DNA of 64,000 nt from Takakia lepidozioides (lineage: Eukaryota > Plantae > Bryophyta), in NCBI GenBank assembly GCA_030704615.1, contig CM060734.1, positions 15,562,001 through 15,626,000 of the forward strand, given 5' to 3'. Each line of letters begins with the position of its first letter. Position 1 is the first letter of the stretch. Under the pieces are notes generated by a model. The model did not search any database, was not told the origin of the DNA, and saw only the letters and a list, made by a program, of their open reading frames with translations. This document shows, one piece after another, positions 1 through 12,300 of this stretch. Position numbers and translations under genes: made by a program.

Positions 1-882
1 CCTCAAACCAAGATCGTCACCCCGCTCGAAGGCGTAGTGGCCTACGATATACTCAAAAGCCACCAATGTTTCCACAATCGAACCAGTATCTTCTGTGTAA
101 TCTGTGTACCAGATAACAATGTCTCCCGATGTGGCCGAATACATTGCATAATCGATGCCTCCAAAGGGGCAGTCGTCCCGGTTCCGGAAGCACGGCATCC
201 TTGCAAAGGAGGACCTGAGGACGACTTGGATGCCGATGACCTTGCGGACAGCTACGAAGCCCTTAGATTTTGGAAATGATACGAAGCGGAAGAGCAGTCC
301 GGCCTCCAATAATGGAGCATCTGGGTCACACGTACCCACCGACGGAGGTGGAACGTGTTCATCACGCCAGCGGTGGATGAACCCATACATCTTTCTCATC
401 AACAAGTTATAGTTTGAGATCTGCCACCGAAGTCCATCCCCCGGATGGAAATTCGGCGCCGCATTTACATCGAAGAGGGGATGGACTTCGTCGTGTCCAG
501 TGGCTATCGGCCCACCTGGCAGTGACTGCCCATAGTTTGCATGGCAGGGTAGGAAACTGAAACGGCTACATTCATGCAGCAGCCAATCTTCATCGGTCCA
601 GGATCCTGTAGGGGGGAAATTTAAATGTGCCCTGGAGTGTTTGTGAGGAATTGCAGCGTTAGCTTGAACTTTTTCCAGCCACCGCGCTGCTCCTCCTCCA
701 TCCGGGAGCTGCTGTCATTGAGCGTACTCCGCTACTCTTTTTCAAGGATGTCGGAATTGGCCCACTGTTTACAATTTGATGTCTCATTTCTACAATGTGT
801 CTATCCGGATGAATATAGCAGAGTAACCGGTATGTGAGTCATGTGTCAAGAATATACCAGAGTAACGCCATGTCGGACATCG

Positions 883-1530
883 AAATGCGGCACCGCATTT
901 CCATGTCGCCATCGAAATGCGGTGCATCATTTCCGTCCAGGTACACGAAATACCAACACGGGTCTATAAATTGATCAGAAAACGAGGTTGGCATTGCAAA
1001 TGCGGCGACGCATTTCCAGCTTGGCAATGGAAACTTCTTTTTGGACAAGGGAATGCGGTGCCGCATTTCCGTACAACACTTCGAAAAGTGTGACATTTCC
1101 GACCAGCGCGATGGAATGCGTTACCGCATTTCCGAGAGAGGGTCTGCAGATGGACAAATTGCGATGTCCGTTCTGGAAATGCGGCGCCGCATTTCCATGT
1201 CCGTCATCGACTTTTTTTTAACAATGGAATGCGCTGCCAATTTTTTGCTGATGGGCCTGCAGTTCGAACAACGACCATCCCCAATACTGAAATGCGGCAC
1301 CGCATTTTCAATCCCGCCATGTCGACCTCCTTGTTCGACCTCGTTGTTCGACCTCTGTAAGCGTGGTGGCATCCATGCAATGAGTGGGAGAGGCCAAAAC
1401 TGGCGTGTGGACAAAGGAAATTTTGGAAATGCGGCACCGCATTTCCAATTCAGATTACTTTTTACTATGCCAACATTGAAATGGAAAATTTAGTCCCTCC
1501 CCTGTTTTGGAAATGCGGTGCCCCATTTCC
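883..1530. repeat. Cluster of GGAAATGCGG-YR-CCGCATTTCC palindromes (family A left cluster)
   Basis: About 10 copies, e.g. at 883, 997, 1051, 1175, 1290, 1425; same unit as the 7.2-8.9 kb array. Confidence 0.9.
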
Positions 1531-1666
1531 GATTTTGGGAGCGTCGTGGTTTGGGCGATTGTGTGGCTGGAATGCACACTGGAGAGGGGTCACGAATGTC
1601 GGGCAGAATTTCCTTTATATACTCTGGAAGAGAATTTACATTTACAGAGACTTCATTAAAATTCTA

Positions 1667-2239
1667 TTAATCTTGAAAATCATCCGAATCCTCATCCTGT
1701 TCTAGACTGTCCTGCTCCTCCTCCACCCCCTCAGTGCCTCTCTCATCTCCAGCGGACTGCTCGTTGGCCAGGCTTTCGAAAATCCCATCTTCCCCTTGCG
1801 GAACTGTCCATCTCACCTCCGTTGGGTCGTCTTCCTCCCTGTCTGCGTCGCTCTCATCCGCTGAATCACATATGTACTTTCGTACCCGTCTACCTGTCTG
1901 AGCTGCTGCCAACTCTTTCCTTATCCTTCTGTCCTCCCTAGCCCTCTCCAAAATCTGCTCTACTTTACTGGGATTCTCACTTCTTCTAATCGCTGTATTT
2001 GCGAGTTTAGCTGCATAACTAGGAAGGGAGTAGTCCCTCACCGGGCTCGTCATGAATCGGCCCTCGCAAAGAACGGGACATTCTTCCTGGCAGGAAGTGT
2101 AGGCCCTACATGTTTCGACCCGGACCCTGCAATCCTGCACATGACAATCATCAACGAGACTAATGAGAACCACAGTCGGGAAATTCGTTTGACATAAATG
2201 ACCCAGAAGGCTTTGCAAACTTACAATGTTTGCACTCAC
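1667..2239 (-). CDS. Small basic/acidic cargo protein with conserved (R/K)WTVPQGEDGIFE motif; real start probably MTSPV (~2053)
   Basis: Open in both A copies (56097-56585). A diverged homolog with the same motif lies at 30671-30940. Confidence 0.55.
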   Translation of the reverse strand: MSANIVSLQSLLGHLCQTNFPTVVLISLVDDCHVQDCRVRVETCRAYTSCQEECPVLCEGRFMTSPVRDYSLPSYAAKLANTAIRRSENPSKVEQILERAREDRRIRKELAAAQTGRRVRKYICDSADESDADREEDDPTEVRWTVPQGEDGIFESLANEQSAGDERGTEGVEEEQDSLEQDEDSDDFQD

Positions 2240-5200
2240 TCGTATTCCGGGTTCTCCTCCGCATCAATGTCCACTGTGTCTTCCTCGGACTCCGACGAAT
2301 CCGAGGAGACTTCCGCTCTGTCGGGAGCCTTCACATTCCGTTGCAGCCCCTCCAGATGGGATCCCCACACGGATGAATCCTCCTCGTAGGCAAAGAGGTG
2401 CCGGTCGGAAAACCGCCCAGCCCACATTGAGGCACCTGTTACAATGCCATCCACACATTACCACATGGCGCTTCAGATGTTGCGAACTACATCCTAACGA
2501 GAATTTGCAGAACAGCAGAGATCAAGATTCTGCATACCTGTCCCACAGATGAGGTCGAGCACTGTGCCCTCCACGTCTGTGCATGTCTCCATAATTGTCT
2601 GAATGAAGGCAGGGCTCCGAGTCCGTGAGTACCGCAGGGGTTCCGTTGAAGTGAGGCTATGAGGGAGAAGTTCCTTGGGAACGTTGTTGAACAGAACGTC
2701 GTAATCGAGTGGGTCGCAGTTCGGGTCAACCTTTCCTCCCTCCTTCCGGAAAGCAAAGGTGGAGTTCTCCTTCACAAAGCAGTATGCATCGAACTGCTTC
2801 GTCTGCATACACAGGGGGAAAACGATTAGAAACCGAATGCGGCACCGCATTTGAAAACACCCAAGCAAATGAAAGGACGAGTGCCAGTGTCGTAATCACC
2901 TTCTTCCCTTCCGACCAAAGGCCCAGTGTGTTGATGCACGTCCACTTCTTTTTCAGAATCGGGACGGCGCTCTTGCGGGTCCACTTCGCAATTCCTGTCT
3001 GAGTGTTTTTTCCTCTGCTCGCCAGGACAACCACACAGCCTCTGTCGTCCAACACCATGCGGGCAAGCCCGAATCCTTTCTTCCAAAAGTCCTCCGAGTA
3101 CCTGTTCCAAGATGGCAAAGCTTGCAGTCCTTCCACAGGCTCTCCGTCCGGAATATCCAAGATGATCATATCGCAAGACCACTCGGTGGCATTTCCGCCC
3201 CTCCTACAATCCTTGTCTGCACACACCCTCTCAAAGAACGAGACCATATTCTGAAATCCTGGGGTGTCGGTAGGCTCTTCGGCAGTCGCCTTCTTCAGTG
3301 CTCTGCCCTTCAGACCCTCCATGGTCTTCAGTATGCCAACTTGGCTGCCCGTCCATCCAAAGCCGCCAAGAAACTCTCATTTACACACTGGACTACAGTT
3401 TCGGGAGCCACTTTCGGCCTCTTCATTTCCACCGGCTCGAAAGGGTGCCCCCCTGGGGGGTTGAAGAGTGCCTTCTTTGCCGAGCCAGTTCTCGTGCCTC
3501 TCGTGACAACGGTGGGCACAGGGGAGGCAGCCTGCGTTTGGGGGGGTGGGCTGGTTGCAAAGTCTCCATCGGAGTCCTCTTCCTCACCCTCTTCCTGAAC
3601 AGGCTGTTTCTGCTTCTTCGTTTTGGCGGGTGTCACAACAGCTGCTCCTTGCTGGCGAGTCCTCTTCTTCGACCCCTTCTGTTGGGCCTGCACAGCTGCA
3701 TCCACCGTCTTTTGTGCCATCTCAGCTGCCTTTCTGGATTCTTCCAGAGCAGCAGATTCCTTTGCCGACTTTGGCCCAGCAGGGACACGTCTTTCCTTTC
3801 TCTTCTCTTCTGCCAAGGCGTGCAGATCTTTCTCAGACTCGTCAACAATACCGCCAGACATGTCCAGGTACCACGGGCATCCAACGAGATGCGCGGGATG
3901 CCATTGTTTCTGCATCTCGGGTGTGTAGACACAGCTTGGGCCCGCCACGGTCCAAGCCATGAAGAAGGGGGCTCTTGAGCCAGGGCCCCTGTCTGAAGGA
4001 GCACGTATTTCATATACCTGCAAGGCAGTCAGCATGCGTGAGCAAAACTTGAGACCAACCTACTGGCAGAGTGCCACCGAAAACATGAAATGCGAATGCG
4101 GTGCCGCATTTCCGAGACAAACCTCGTAACCAGGCTTCGCATACAAGGGCAGCTGTGCTTCACCTGTAAACAATTGCATTGCAGCTTTCCCCGCTCCCTC
4201 CTGATGTGTAAACTCCACGCTCCTTCTTGCTGTCTGTAGCTCTCTGGCGAAAAGGTTGTCCTTGTACGCACATCTGAAACGTGTCACGTAGTCTTCCAAT
4301 GTCTGTGTTCCATCCCATTTGACGTACAAGCCGAACGAATTTGTGTGCATTACGACTTGCTCCTTCGCATTCGACATTACCTGCGATTCCCAAATGCATT
4401 GTCACGTAGCAGTTCAGGGAATTCATTCAGAAAAGCAAATCTGGGGAAGTACCTTGAATTACCTGGAACCACCAAGTCATGCGGTTGAGCCACACATCCA
4501 CTGCAGGGTCGGAAACTTCGAGTGGAAAAGACCACATTGTCCTTATGCTCTCGGATGCATTCCAGATCGACAGCCACCGTGTCTGCCATTTCCGATCCAA
4601 TGTCAGGAGCTGGAAGAGAGTGGCTATTGCTAGGAAGGAACTTCAGTGCATTGAAACCTCACCTTCTCTTTCGCCTCCACACATGCCGTTGAGAGGTGAT
4701 GCAGTTTCTCCAATTGCATGGTCGGCTGCATGGCCCGAGAATAGTGTTTTGCAATCTCGGGGATGAAGTCCTTTCCAAGTGCCGGATCTGCAATTGCCAC
4801 CAGCTTCACAAGCTTTGACTTGTATTTGGTTCTGGACTTGACACCGGCTTCCTTCAAGTGCTCAGTCAATGACTGCAACGTTTTGACCTGCCCCTCACTT
4901 TCCATGAAGAAGCGTTTGGCATGGGCCAAATCCAGCTTGATGTTTGACTGCCAACAAAAACATGCAGAAGCGTTACATTCGATTCATGTGGAAACATTAC
5001 TGAAAATTGGGGAAGGATGAGCAGAGGGAAATTGGAGGACGACTTACTTCGTATATCACCTCCACCATTCCATCCATAGTGAGACGATACCATGTCCGGT
5101 CTGTTTTTGCAACGGCTTTCTGAATGAGCTCGGGCTCCAGCATTTCCGCAAACATCTGCGGATCAGTGAGACCAGTTTTCCTCACCCTGTACAGCATGTG

Positions 5201-6604
5201 TGCCATGTGGGTATGCACGTACGCATTTTCAGTGACCCTGCAAGGCACACTCTCCAGTTCAGTACACGGAAGCACGGAAACAAACCAGAATGGAAACCGA
5301 AATGCGGCACCGCATTTCGAACGTGCTAGGGAGGGTATGAGTATCTTACGAGTTGAGGTCCGCCATGGCATTCTTGAGCAGGGAGGAGTCTGCCGCCTTC
5401 ACCTTGAGGATGACACACTCCACCATGTAATGCCAGCCAATGTGCTTGGCATGGTTCTGCTTGATGTACTCCCACCAGGCGAGAAGTCGGTGATTCCCGT
5501 CCCACACAAAGAACATTTTACCCGACATATGGCCGAAGTCGGGATCACCCTTCAGCGTCGCCTCGAATTCGTGGTTGCGAGTGTGCCAGTGGGTATCCCA
5601 CGTTGACAATTCATCGGCAGTGGGTCCACGAGTTTCGCCGTCCTCATTCTCAATGGAAACGTAAAACGCTGCCGATCCCAGACGGTACCCTTCTCGAAAT
5701 GCGAACTTGAGCTTATCCACATCTCCGGGAAGGGCCTGCCTGACGATGGGAAGGGAGACCATGCGACAGAGTGGGATTCGAAGAGTCCGCTGGAATACCC
5801 TGCTGCCCAGAACTCTGCCAATGCTACTGTGTGTCTCCTCCAACATTTTATCCGCTGCACTTTTGAAATCCTCCGGAGACATGTCTGTAGGTGCCGGTAG
5901 TGGCTGAGCAGCTGGAGCATCCTCAACTGGAGCTGCACTCTGGGGCCTGTCTGCGGGCAATTCTGCCATTGCAGAGGCCTCCTCCGGGCCTGCTTGCTCA
6001 TCGGTGGTGAGGTCTTGCTGCGAACGTTGAGCGGCAGCACCCTCCTCCGGTACCAAATCGAGATCAACGGTCGATCCCATTGCCTTCGCTGCAGCAGAGT
6101 CGGCCCCAACATCTGCAGGCGGGAAATCCTCCAGGAACTGAGCTTCAGCTCGTGGAAGCGGTTTTGCGGGAGATTGTTCGCCCGTCGCCCTGATTGCCTT
6201 CTGCTTCCTCATCCTTGCAGGTGAAGGTGTCTGCTGCAATTGAATCTGTCTTCTACCCTGCTGCTTCATTCGCGTTGGGGGGGTGAATCGGCCTGAGCCG
6301 GTTCAGAAGCCAGTAGAGGGACGGGCTGCTTCTTCTTCGACTTTGCTGGAGAAGGGCCCGACCCCTGCTGGCGATTCTCCATGACCGAAGAACGCGAGTC
6401 GATCTCTGGGACTTTGAACTTGCCCTTCGAAGACGCGTCTTTGAATCGCAGAGGGCTAGGCCCGGCAGGAATACCCGCGCTCGGGGATCGGGTGGGTGTA
6501 CGTGCTGCAGCTAGCTCCTCGGACTCTTCCTGCGGCTCTTCGGATTCCTGCGATCCCTCCAGCACGTCCACCTTTCCTGTTAGGCATGCAAACATGTTCT
6601 GCAT
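2236..6604 (-). CDS. Multi-exon ParB/Srx-like domain + beta-class amino (N6A/N4C) DNA methyltransferase-like fusion, family A (1-nt frameshift at ~3330 in this copy)
   Basis: FFVWDGNHRLLAW (ParB/Srx GxxRxxA box) at ~5470-5510. MTase motifs in beta order: DMIILDIPDG (motif IV-like); LARMVLDDRGCVVVL; RSPAFIQTIMETCTDVEGTVLDLICGTG|ASMWAGRFSDRHLFAYE (motif X/I/II). GT-AG introns, e.g. 2436-2537 and 5238-5349, at positions shared with family B. Copy 2 restores the frame at AYMKTMEG. Confidence 0.8.
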
Positions 6605-7223
6605 TCAAGTCTCCTAGCATTCAGTCTAAGAATTACAGAAGCAAAATGGGGGGTTCGGTGCTCGATCAGCTGCGCGCAGCCCGATCGCATGGAGCTCTCA
6701 CTGGTGGCTGGGTTGCCTGAGTGGCCTGCTGCTCGGAGATGGCAATCTCCTCCTGTAGACGCATCTGCTTCCTCCCCTTCGGCATTGGCCTACGTCCGAA
6801 GTATAATTTCCGGAGCTTGCGACGAGGTCTCCTGGCTGGTGCACGAACTCCCCCCCTCTCAGGTTCGAGCATAAGAAGAACAGAGAGAGGAAAAAGGGCC
6901 AAAGAGTGCAGATGGAAAGGGCGCGAGAGGGGTGACTGAGGAGACACGACAAAAGTAGATGAAACGGCGGTGATGCACCACTTGGGTTCGAAAGGGTTGG
7001 ACGAAAGTGTCTCCTCGGGGAGTTTGCGTCATTACGAAATTCGAATCGTTGAGGGTACGCCTGCCGTCCGAAAAACAAACATCATTATCGAACGGTCAGG
7101 CCGCGCCGCCTCATGCCCCTTCAGTCAGATAGAGTGCCGACATGTGCAGCAATTCCGTTGCTCCACGTGTTCACATTTCAAGGTATTTCCGTCCCAGCGT
7201 CTGATGAGTTGGAGCGAAAATGC

Positions 7224-8888
7224 GAATGCGGCGCCGCATTTCCGTTAAGTACCATCACGAAGCTACACATCCGTACTTGTTGGAAGAAAATGCGGCACCG
7301 CATTTCCGTTCCACCTTCACATACCTTAGTTTTTGAACGGAAATACGGTGCCGCATTTCCGTCCCACAGCTCCAAGTATGAGATTCAAAAGGGAAATGCG
7401 GCGCCGCATTTCCGTTCTGGAATGTCGAAAGGTGCGATTGGGACGGGAATGAGGCACAACATTTCTGTTCCCGTGGTTCATGATTTTCAATGTGAACGGA
7501 AATGCGGTACCGCATTTCCGTTCCCACTTCACATCCGTTACATGATGAATGGAAATGCCGTGCCACATTTCCGTTCGGGAAAGTATAGAGGTCTCACCTG
7601 GACAGAAATGCGGTGCCGCATTTCCGGCCGGAAACTTTGAAGGTCTCACATGGATGGAAATGCTGCTACACATTTTCGTAGCACAGCTCCAGGCCCAATA
7701 TACAAAAGGTGCGACTGGAACGGAAATGCGGTGCCGGATTTCGGTTCCCGTTGCGCACGATTTTCAGTCAGAATGGAAATGCGGTACCGCATTTCCGTTC
7801 TGTAGAGTATTAACGTCTGACGCTGGCGGAAATGCCGTGCCGCATTTTCGTTCCACAGCTCCATGCCTCACATACAAAACGGAAATGCGGCGCCGCATTT
7901 CCGTTTTGGAATGTCGGAAGGTGCGACTCCGACGGAAATGCGGTACCGCATTTCAGTTCCGAGGTTTCAGGATATTTCATCAGAACGGAAATGCGGTGCC
8001 GCATTTCCCTTTTGAATCTAATACATTCCGTTCTGGAATGTTGGGAAGTGCGACTCGGATGGAAATCCGTTGCCGCATTTCAGTTCCGACGGTTCACGAT
8101 TTTCAGTCAGAACGGAAATGCGGTACCGCATTTCCGTTCTGGAATGTTGGCTGGTGCGACTCGGATGGAAATATGGTGCCGCATTTTAGTTCAGATGGTT
8201 CACGATTTTCAGTCAGAACGGAAATGCGTTGCCGCATTTCCGTTCTGGATAGTATGAATGTCTCAAGCGGTCGGAATTGCGCTGTATGAAGCTGTCGGAA
8301 TCGCACTCGGCTCCATGCATCAGATACAAAATGGAAATGCGGCGCCGCATTTCCGTTCTGGAATGTCGAAAAGTGCGACTCGGACGGAAATGCGGTGCCG
8401 CATTTCTGTTCCCTATGTTCGTAAATCTCAATCAGAACGGAAATGCGGTACCGCATTTCCGTTCCACCTTCACATACCGTGCTTGTTGAATGAAAATGCG
8501 GTACCGCATTTCCGTTCTGGAGAGTATGAATGTCTTTTAAGGACGGAAATGTGCTGCAGCATTTCTATCCCTCAGCTCCATTCATCAGATACAAAATGGA
8601 AATGCGGCGCCGCTTTTCCGTTCTGAAATGTCGCAAAAGTGCGACTCGGACGGAAATGCGGTGCCGCATTTCTGTTCCCGTTGTTCATAATTCTCAATCA
8701 GAACGGAAATGCGGTACCGCATTTCCGTTCCACCTTCACATACCGTGCTTGCTGGATGGAAATGCGTTACCGCATTTCCGTTCTGGAGAGTATAAAGGTT
8801 TCCCCCGGACGGAAACTCGGTGCCGCATTTCCGTCGCTCTGGTGCATGACCAAGATGCAATACGGAAATGCGGCGCCGTATTTCCGTC
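7224..8888. repeat. Array of ~30 22-bp palindromes GGAAATGCGG-YR-CCGCATTTCC between the divergent ParB-MTase and transposase genes
   Basis: Directly visible. Units are 40-60 bp apart and the intervening sequences recur (e.g. GTTCTGGAATGTCG..GTGCGACTCGGAC; TTTTCAGTCAGAAC). Confidence 0.95.
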
Positions 8889-9313
8889 CACCGGCAATCG
8901 AAAGAATCAATCGGGACGGGAAATTGGAACCTGAATGGGTTGCATTGTTCCGAAACAACACAATTGCGGCCAGTCTTGATGAGCACAACTTGGTTGTCTG
9001 ACCGTTTTAACCAGCAGTCCTGGCACTTGTCAGCGCGAACGTTCCTGTCTGCACCGAGAATACTGCTGGATCCACCCTCAGGAGAAACTGTCAGGAGATG
9101 TTATTTCGTCGCCGAATCGGCCATCATTGTCCTACTCACTGGCTATGGAATCAAACCTCCCACCTTCATGCATGTAGCTTGAAACAATACTTTCCACTTC
9201 AATGTGCGACTTCCAATTGTCGATGGACTCCGCAGATCCACTTAGATGGTGCCTGTGAGCCTTGGTCTGTCGCTATACTGAACCTCGCACTTGCCAACTC
9301 CGTGCGGTGTTCG

Positions 9314-12300
9314 ATGGCTCCGAATTCCTACGCTATAGTTTGCTGTCCTCCGCAACTTGGGAGAGCCTGGATCCCAAACGAGGGAGGACTTTGCAGAGTG
9401 ACTGAAACTTACCTTTGTTCCAAATTCAAGCTCAAACCGGGCACAGTTTATTTGGAAGAAGAAAGGAAGGATGTTCCTGGACAGGTTGACGAGACCATTG
9501 TCGTGCTAGGTAACGACGGAGGTTGCGGAATCGAATGGCACGTTCCCCCGTCAGACACCATCCTGTACCGAGCTGTGGGAATGCCCATTCCCTTTCCGAA
9601 TCAGTCGCTGCCCACACCATCCACAAAGGAGTCCGGAAACCGACAGGCGGCCACTGCCAACAGAGAGGTATGCAACGATAATCATTCCCGACCTGGACCG
9701 TCAAGACCCTCCATAGCTTCTCGTGTGGACGTATTCGACATTTCCGACGAGGAAGATGATTGCATTGAGGTACCCATGTCCTCCACACGGTCGTTCAAAT
9801 CCGGCATGGACGTCTCTGTAGGTGCTACGCATGTGCCCTCGAGCATAACTCCAACCCGGTCCATTGTGCAGCTCCTACGACAACATCACCTCGATGGTTC
9901 TCGCTCCGAGCTGGCTGCTCTCGACTATGCCAAATTCCCAGTCAGAAAGGTAACGTTTCTGCCTCCCGAAGTCGATGGCAATGTCATCTTCGAGTTTCCA
10001 CCTGTTTCTTCGTCAAAGAAATCCTCCGGGATGTTAACAGACATGGATCGAAAGCATGACGGACACCCCTGGTGTGTGACGAAGACCAGTAGCACGAAAA
10101 TTGCTGATGGTGTTCGTGTACGATATGTCCTCTGTGCGGGGAAGCTGAGGTGCCTCAATCCCACCTGCTTCCACTTTCTCTCCAAAGGAGGGCGGAGAAA
10201 CGAGACGGATTGGACTGGCACAACGCATCATCCATTCATTGTCTCCAGCCAAGCTCCTGCGGGTTCTTTCAAGTGTGCACATTGCAAAGAACCACCGACG
10301 TGCATGTCCATGTGCAGAGCCAAGCAATACTACGTTATCCATTTGCTCCCGGACTTGACTAGAGCTTGCATACACGTTGGGGTCCACTGCCACCCCTTGG
10401 CGAGAGGCAACATGTGTGAGGCTGTGCAGGAAGCACACGACATCATAAAAGAGGAGGTCAAATTGAGCCCCGGAGCCAGACCAAAGCAGATTCAGCTGAA
10501 GGCAGCCCACAAGATTGCTCTTGGCAAAATCATGTCTGAAGATGGTTCCGACCGAGAGCCCTTGACCGAAGACGAGATGCGTGACCTCTTGGAGTCCGTC
10601 TCGCACGTTTGTAGTCCGAATGTGCGGAATCACATCGTATCTTGCAAGCAGGAGTTCGGCAGGGGGTCGGACATGTACTCAATCCTGGAGGTGAAACGAA
10701 TGACTGGATATGACTACATCCAAGTTAGCAGGTTTCCAGGGCAAGGCAACGAATCCGATCGTTGTTACATTTTCAAAATGTCGACGTGTGGGCCTGGGAG
10801 TGGAGTCGACTTGGTCACTCGCATGACAACTGGAAACTTGTCGAATGCTTGGGTGATGTTTGATCACATCAAGCGAATTACAAACCATCAGTGGGTGACT
10901 ATGGGTGCGCATGTTTATGACTATCACTCCAAGAGGCTCATGACGATTGCAATCTGCGAGATGAAAGGGGAGGACACACAGTCCGAGATGCATCTGTGGG
11001 AGGGCATAAACCAGCAGATGGCAAGGGCGGGATTGCCAGAGCCCAATTTCAGGGGATTCATGGCAGACAACGCTCAGGCCAACTGGGCAGCGGTGCGGCG
11101 TGTGTACGGTGAGGACCCCAATGTTCCAATGGAGGGGAAAGAGAGATCCTGTGGATTCCATTGGATGCAGAGTCTATCCCACTACACTACCAAATTTGTT
11201 GCTAGCTCATTTCAGGCTGAACACCGTGTCCTTTGTACGGCGTGGAAGGATGCACCCACATTTGATGACGCGGAGGTTAAGTTTGCTATCATCGAGGCTT
11301 GGTGGAACACGTCAGGTGCAGTGGAGACAACCAATCTGGGAGCATTGCACAGCTGGTTGGGGTGGTGGCATTTTCGGTATCGACAGTTCGGACAGTACAT
11401 GCGGGAGGTAGGCTGCTGTCATTTTCGTTCATTTGTCTTTCTGTTACGGACATTTCAATTGGTCCCTCACCATTGTTTGTGTCCTTCTAGGAGCGGTGCT
11501 TGGATTCCGACACGGACATGCCGAACACGAATATGGCAGAATCGGTCCACTCCTCCTGGCGAGCGTCTTCTGCCGCACATCTGGTGGACATAGTCACGGC
11601 CACAACGGAGGACATCGACAGAGCAATCATGCAGCAAGCCACGTACTACAAGTTCTTGAGCGGCAAACAATGGGGCTTTGGGCCGGACAGGGAGGAATTG
11701 TTGGTACGAACAGCTTCGAGGTCCAAGAATCCAGTGAAATGGGCGACAGCATTGCGAGAGAAGATCAAAGGGACGCCTCTGCACCGCAGAGGTGAACACC
11801 TAGAGGGGGACGTCCGGACTCGCCCTGTCAGGCGGAGGATTGAAGAGGAACCCGGGTGCGAAGAGGATTCCTGGAGATCCGACAGGAACATTCGGACAGC
11901 ACCTCGAGGTCCCGTCATGTTGCCGCACAATGTGTCTTCCAGCAGTGGAAGCCCAAGAAATTCCAGATCGCCGTCGCCTTCAACCGGGGATTTCGTGCAA
12001 CAAATTCCCACCGCTCCCTTGCCCCACATTCCGCCCGCTGTTATGCAGTATGGCCAAGCCATTGTGGAGACGACTGTGTCTGCATCACAGTGGAGAATTG
12101 CTCGCACAAAGCCGTCGTTTCGAGGAAGGTGTTCCGCAATTCGTGTGGATACACGGCAACGTTGTTTAGAGATGATAAGGAGGAATCCAGATGGGGCTGT
12201 CCCTGCTCCTACTTTTACAGGAAGATTTGTCCATGCAAAGTTTGCGGAGGCGACAACCACCCAGTTCTGGTTCTGCAGGCACGACATTATGACTTGCGTG

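Noticed and set aside
2236-6604. Bacterial or phage contamination or prophage (ParB + MTase)
   Set aside because: The gene has GT-AG introns conserved between families and lies inside TIR/TSD-bounded eukaryotic transposons.
7113-9001. Many overlapping ORFs (KCGAAFP/EMRRRIS/GNAAPHF repeats), also at 839-1705, 55040-56135 and 62434-64000
   Set aside because: Translation artefacts of a stop-free palindromic repeat read in all six frames.
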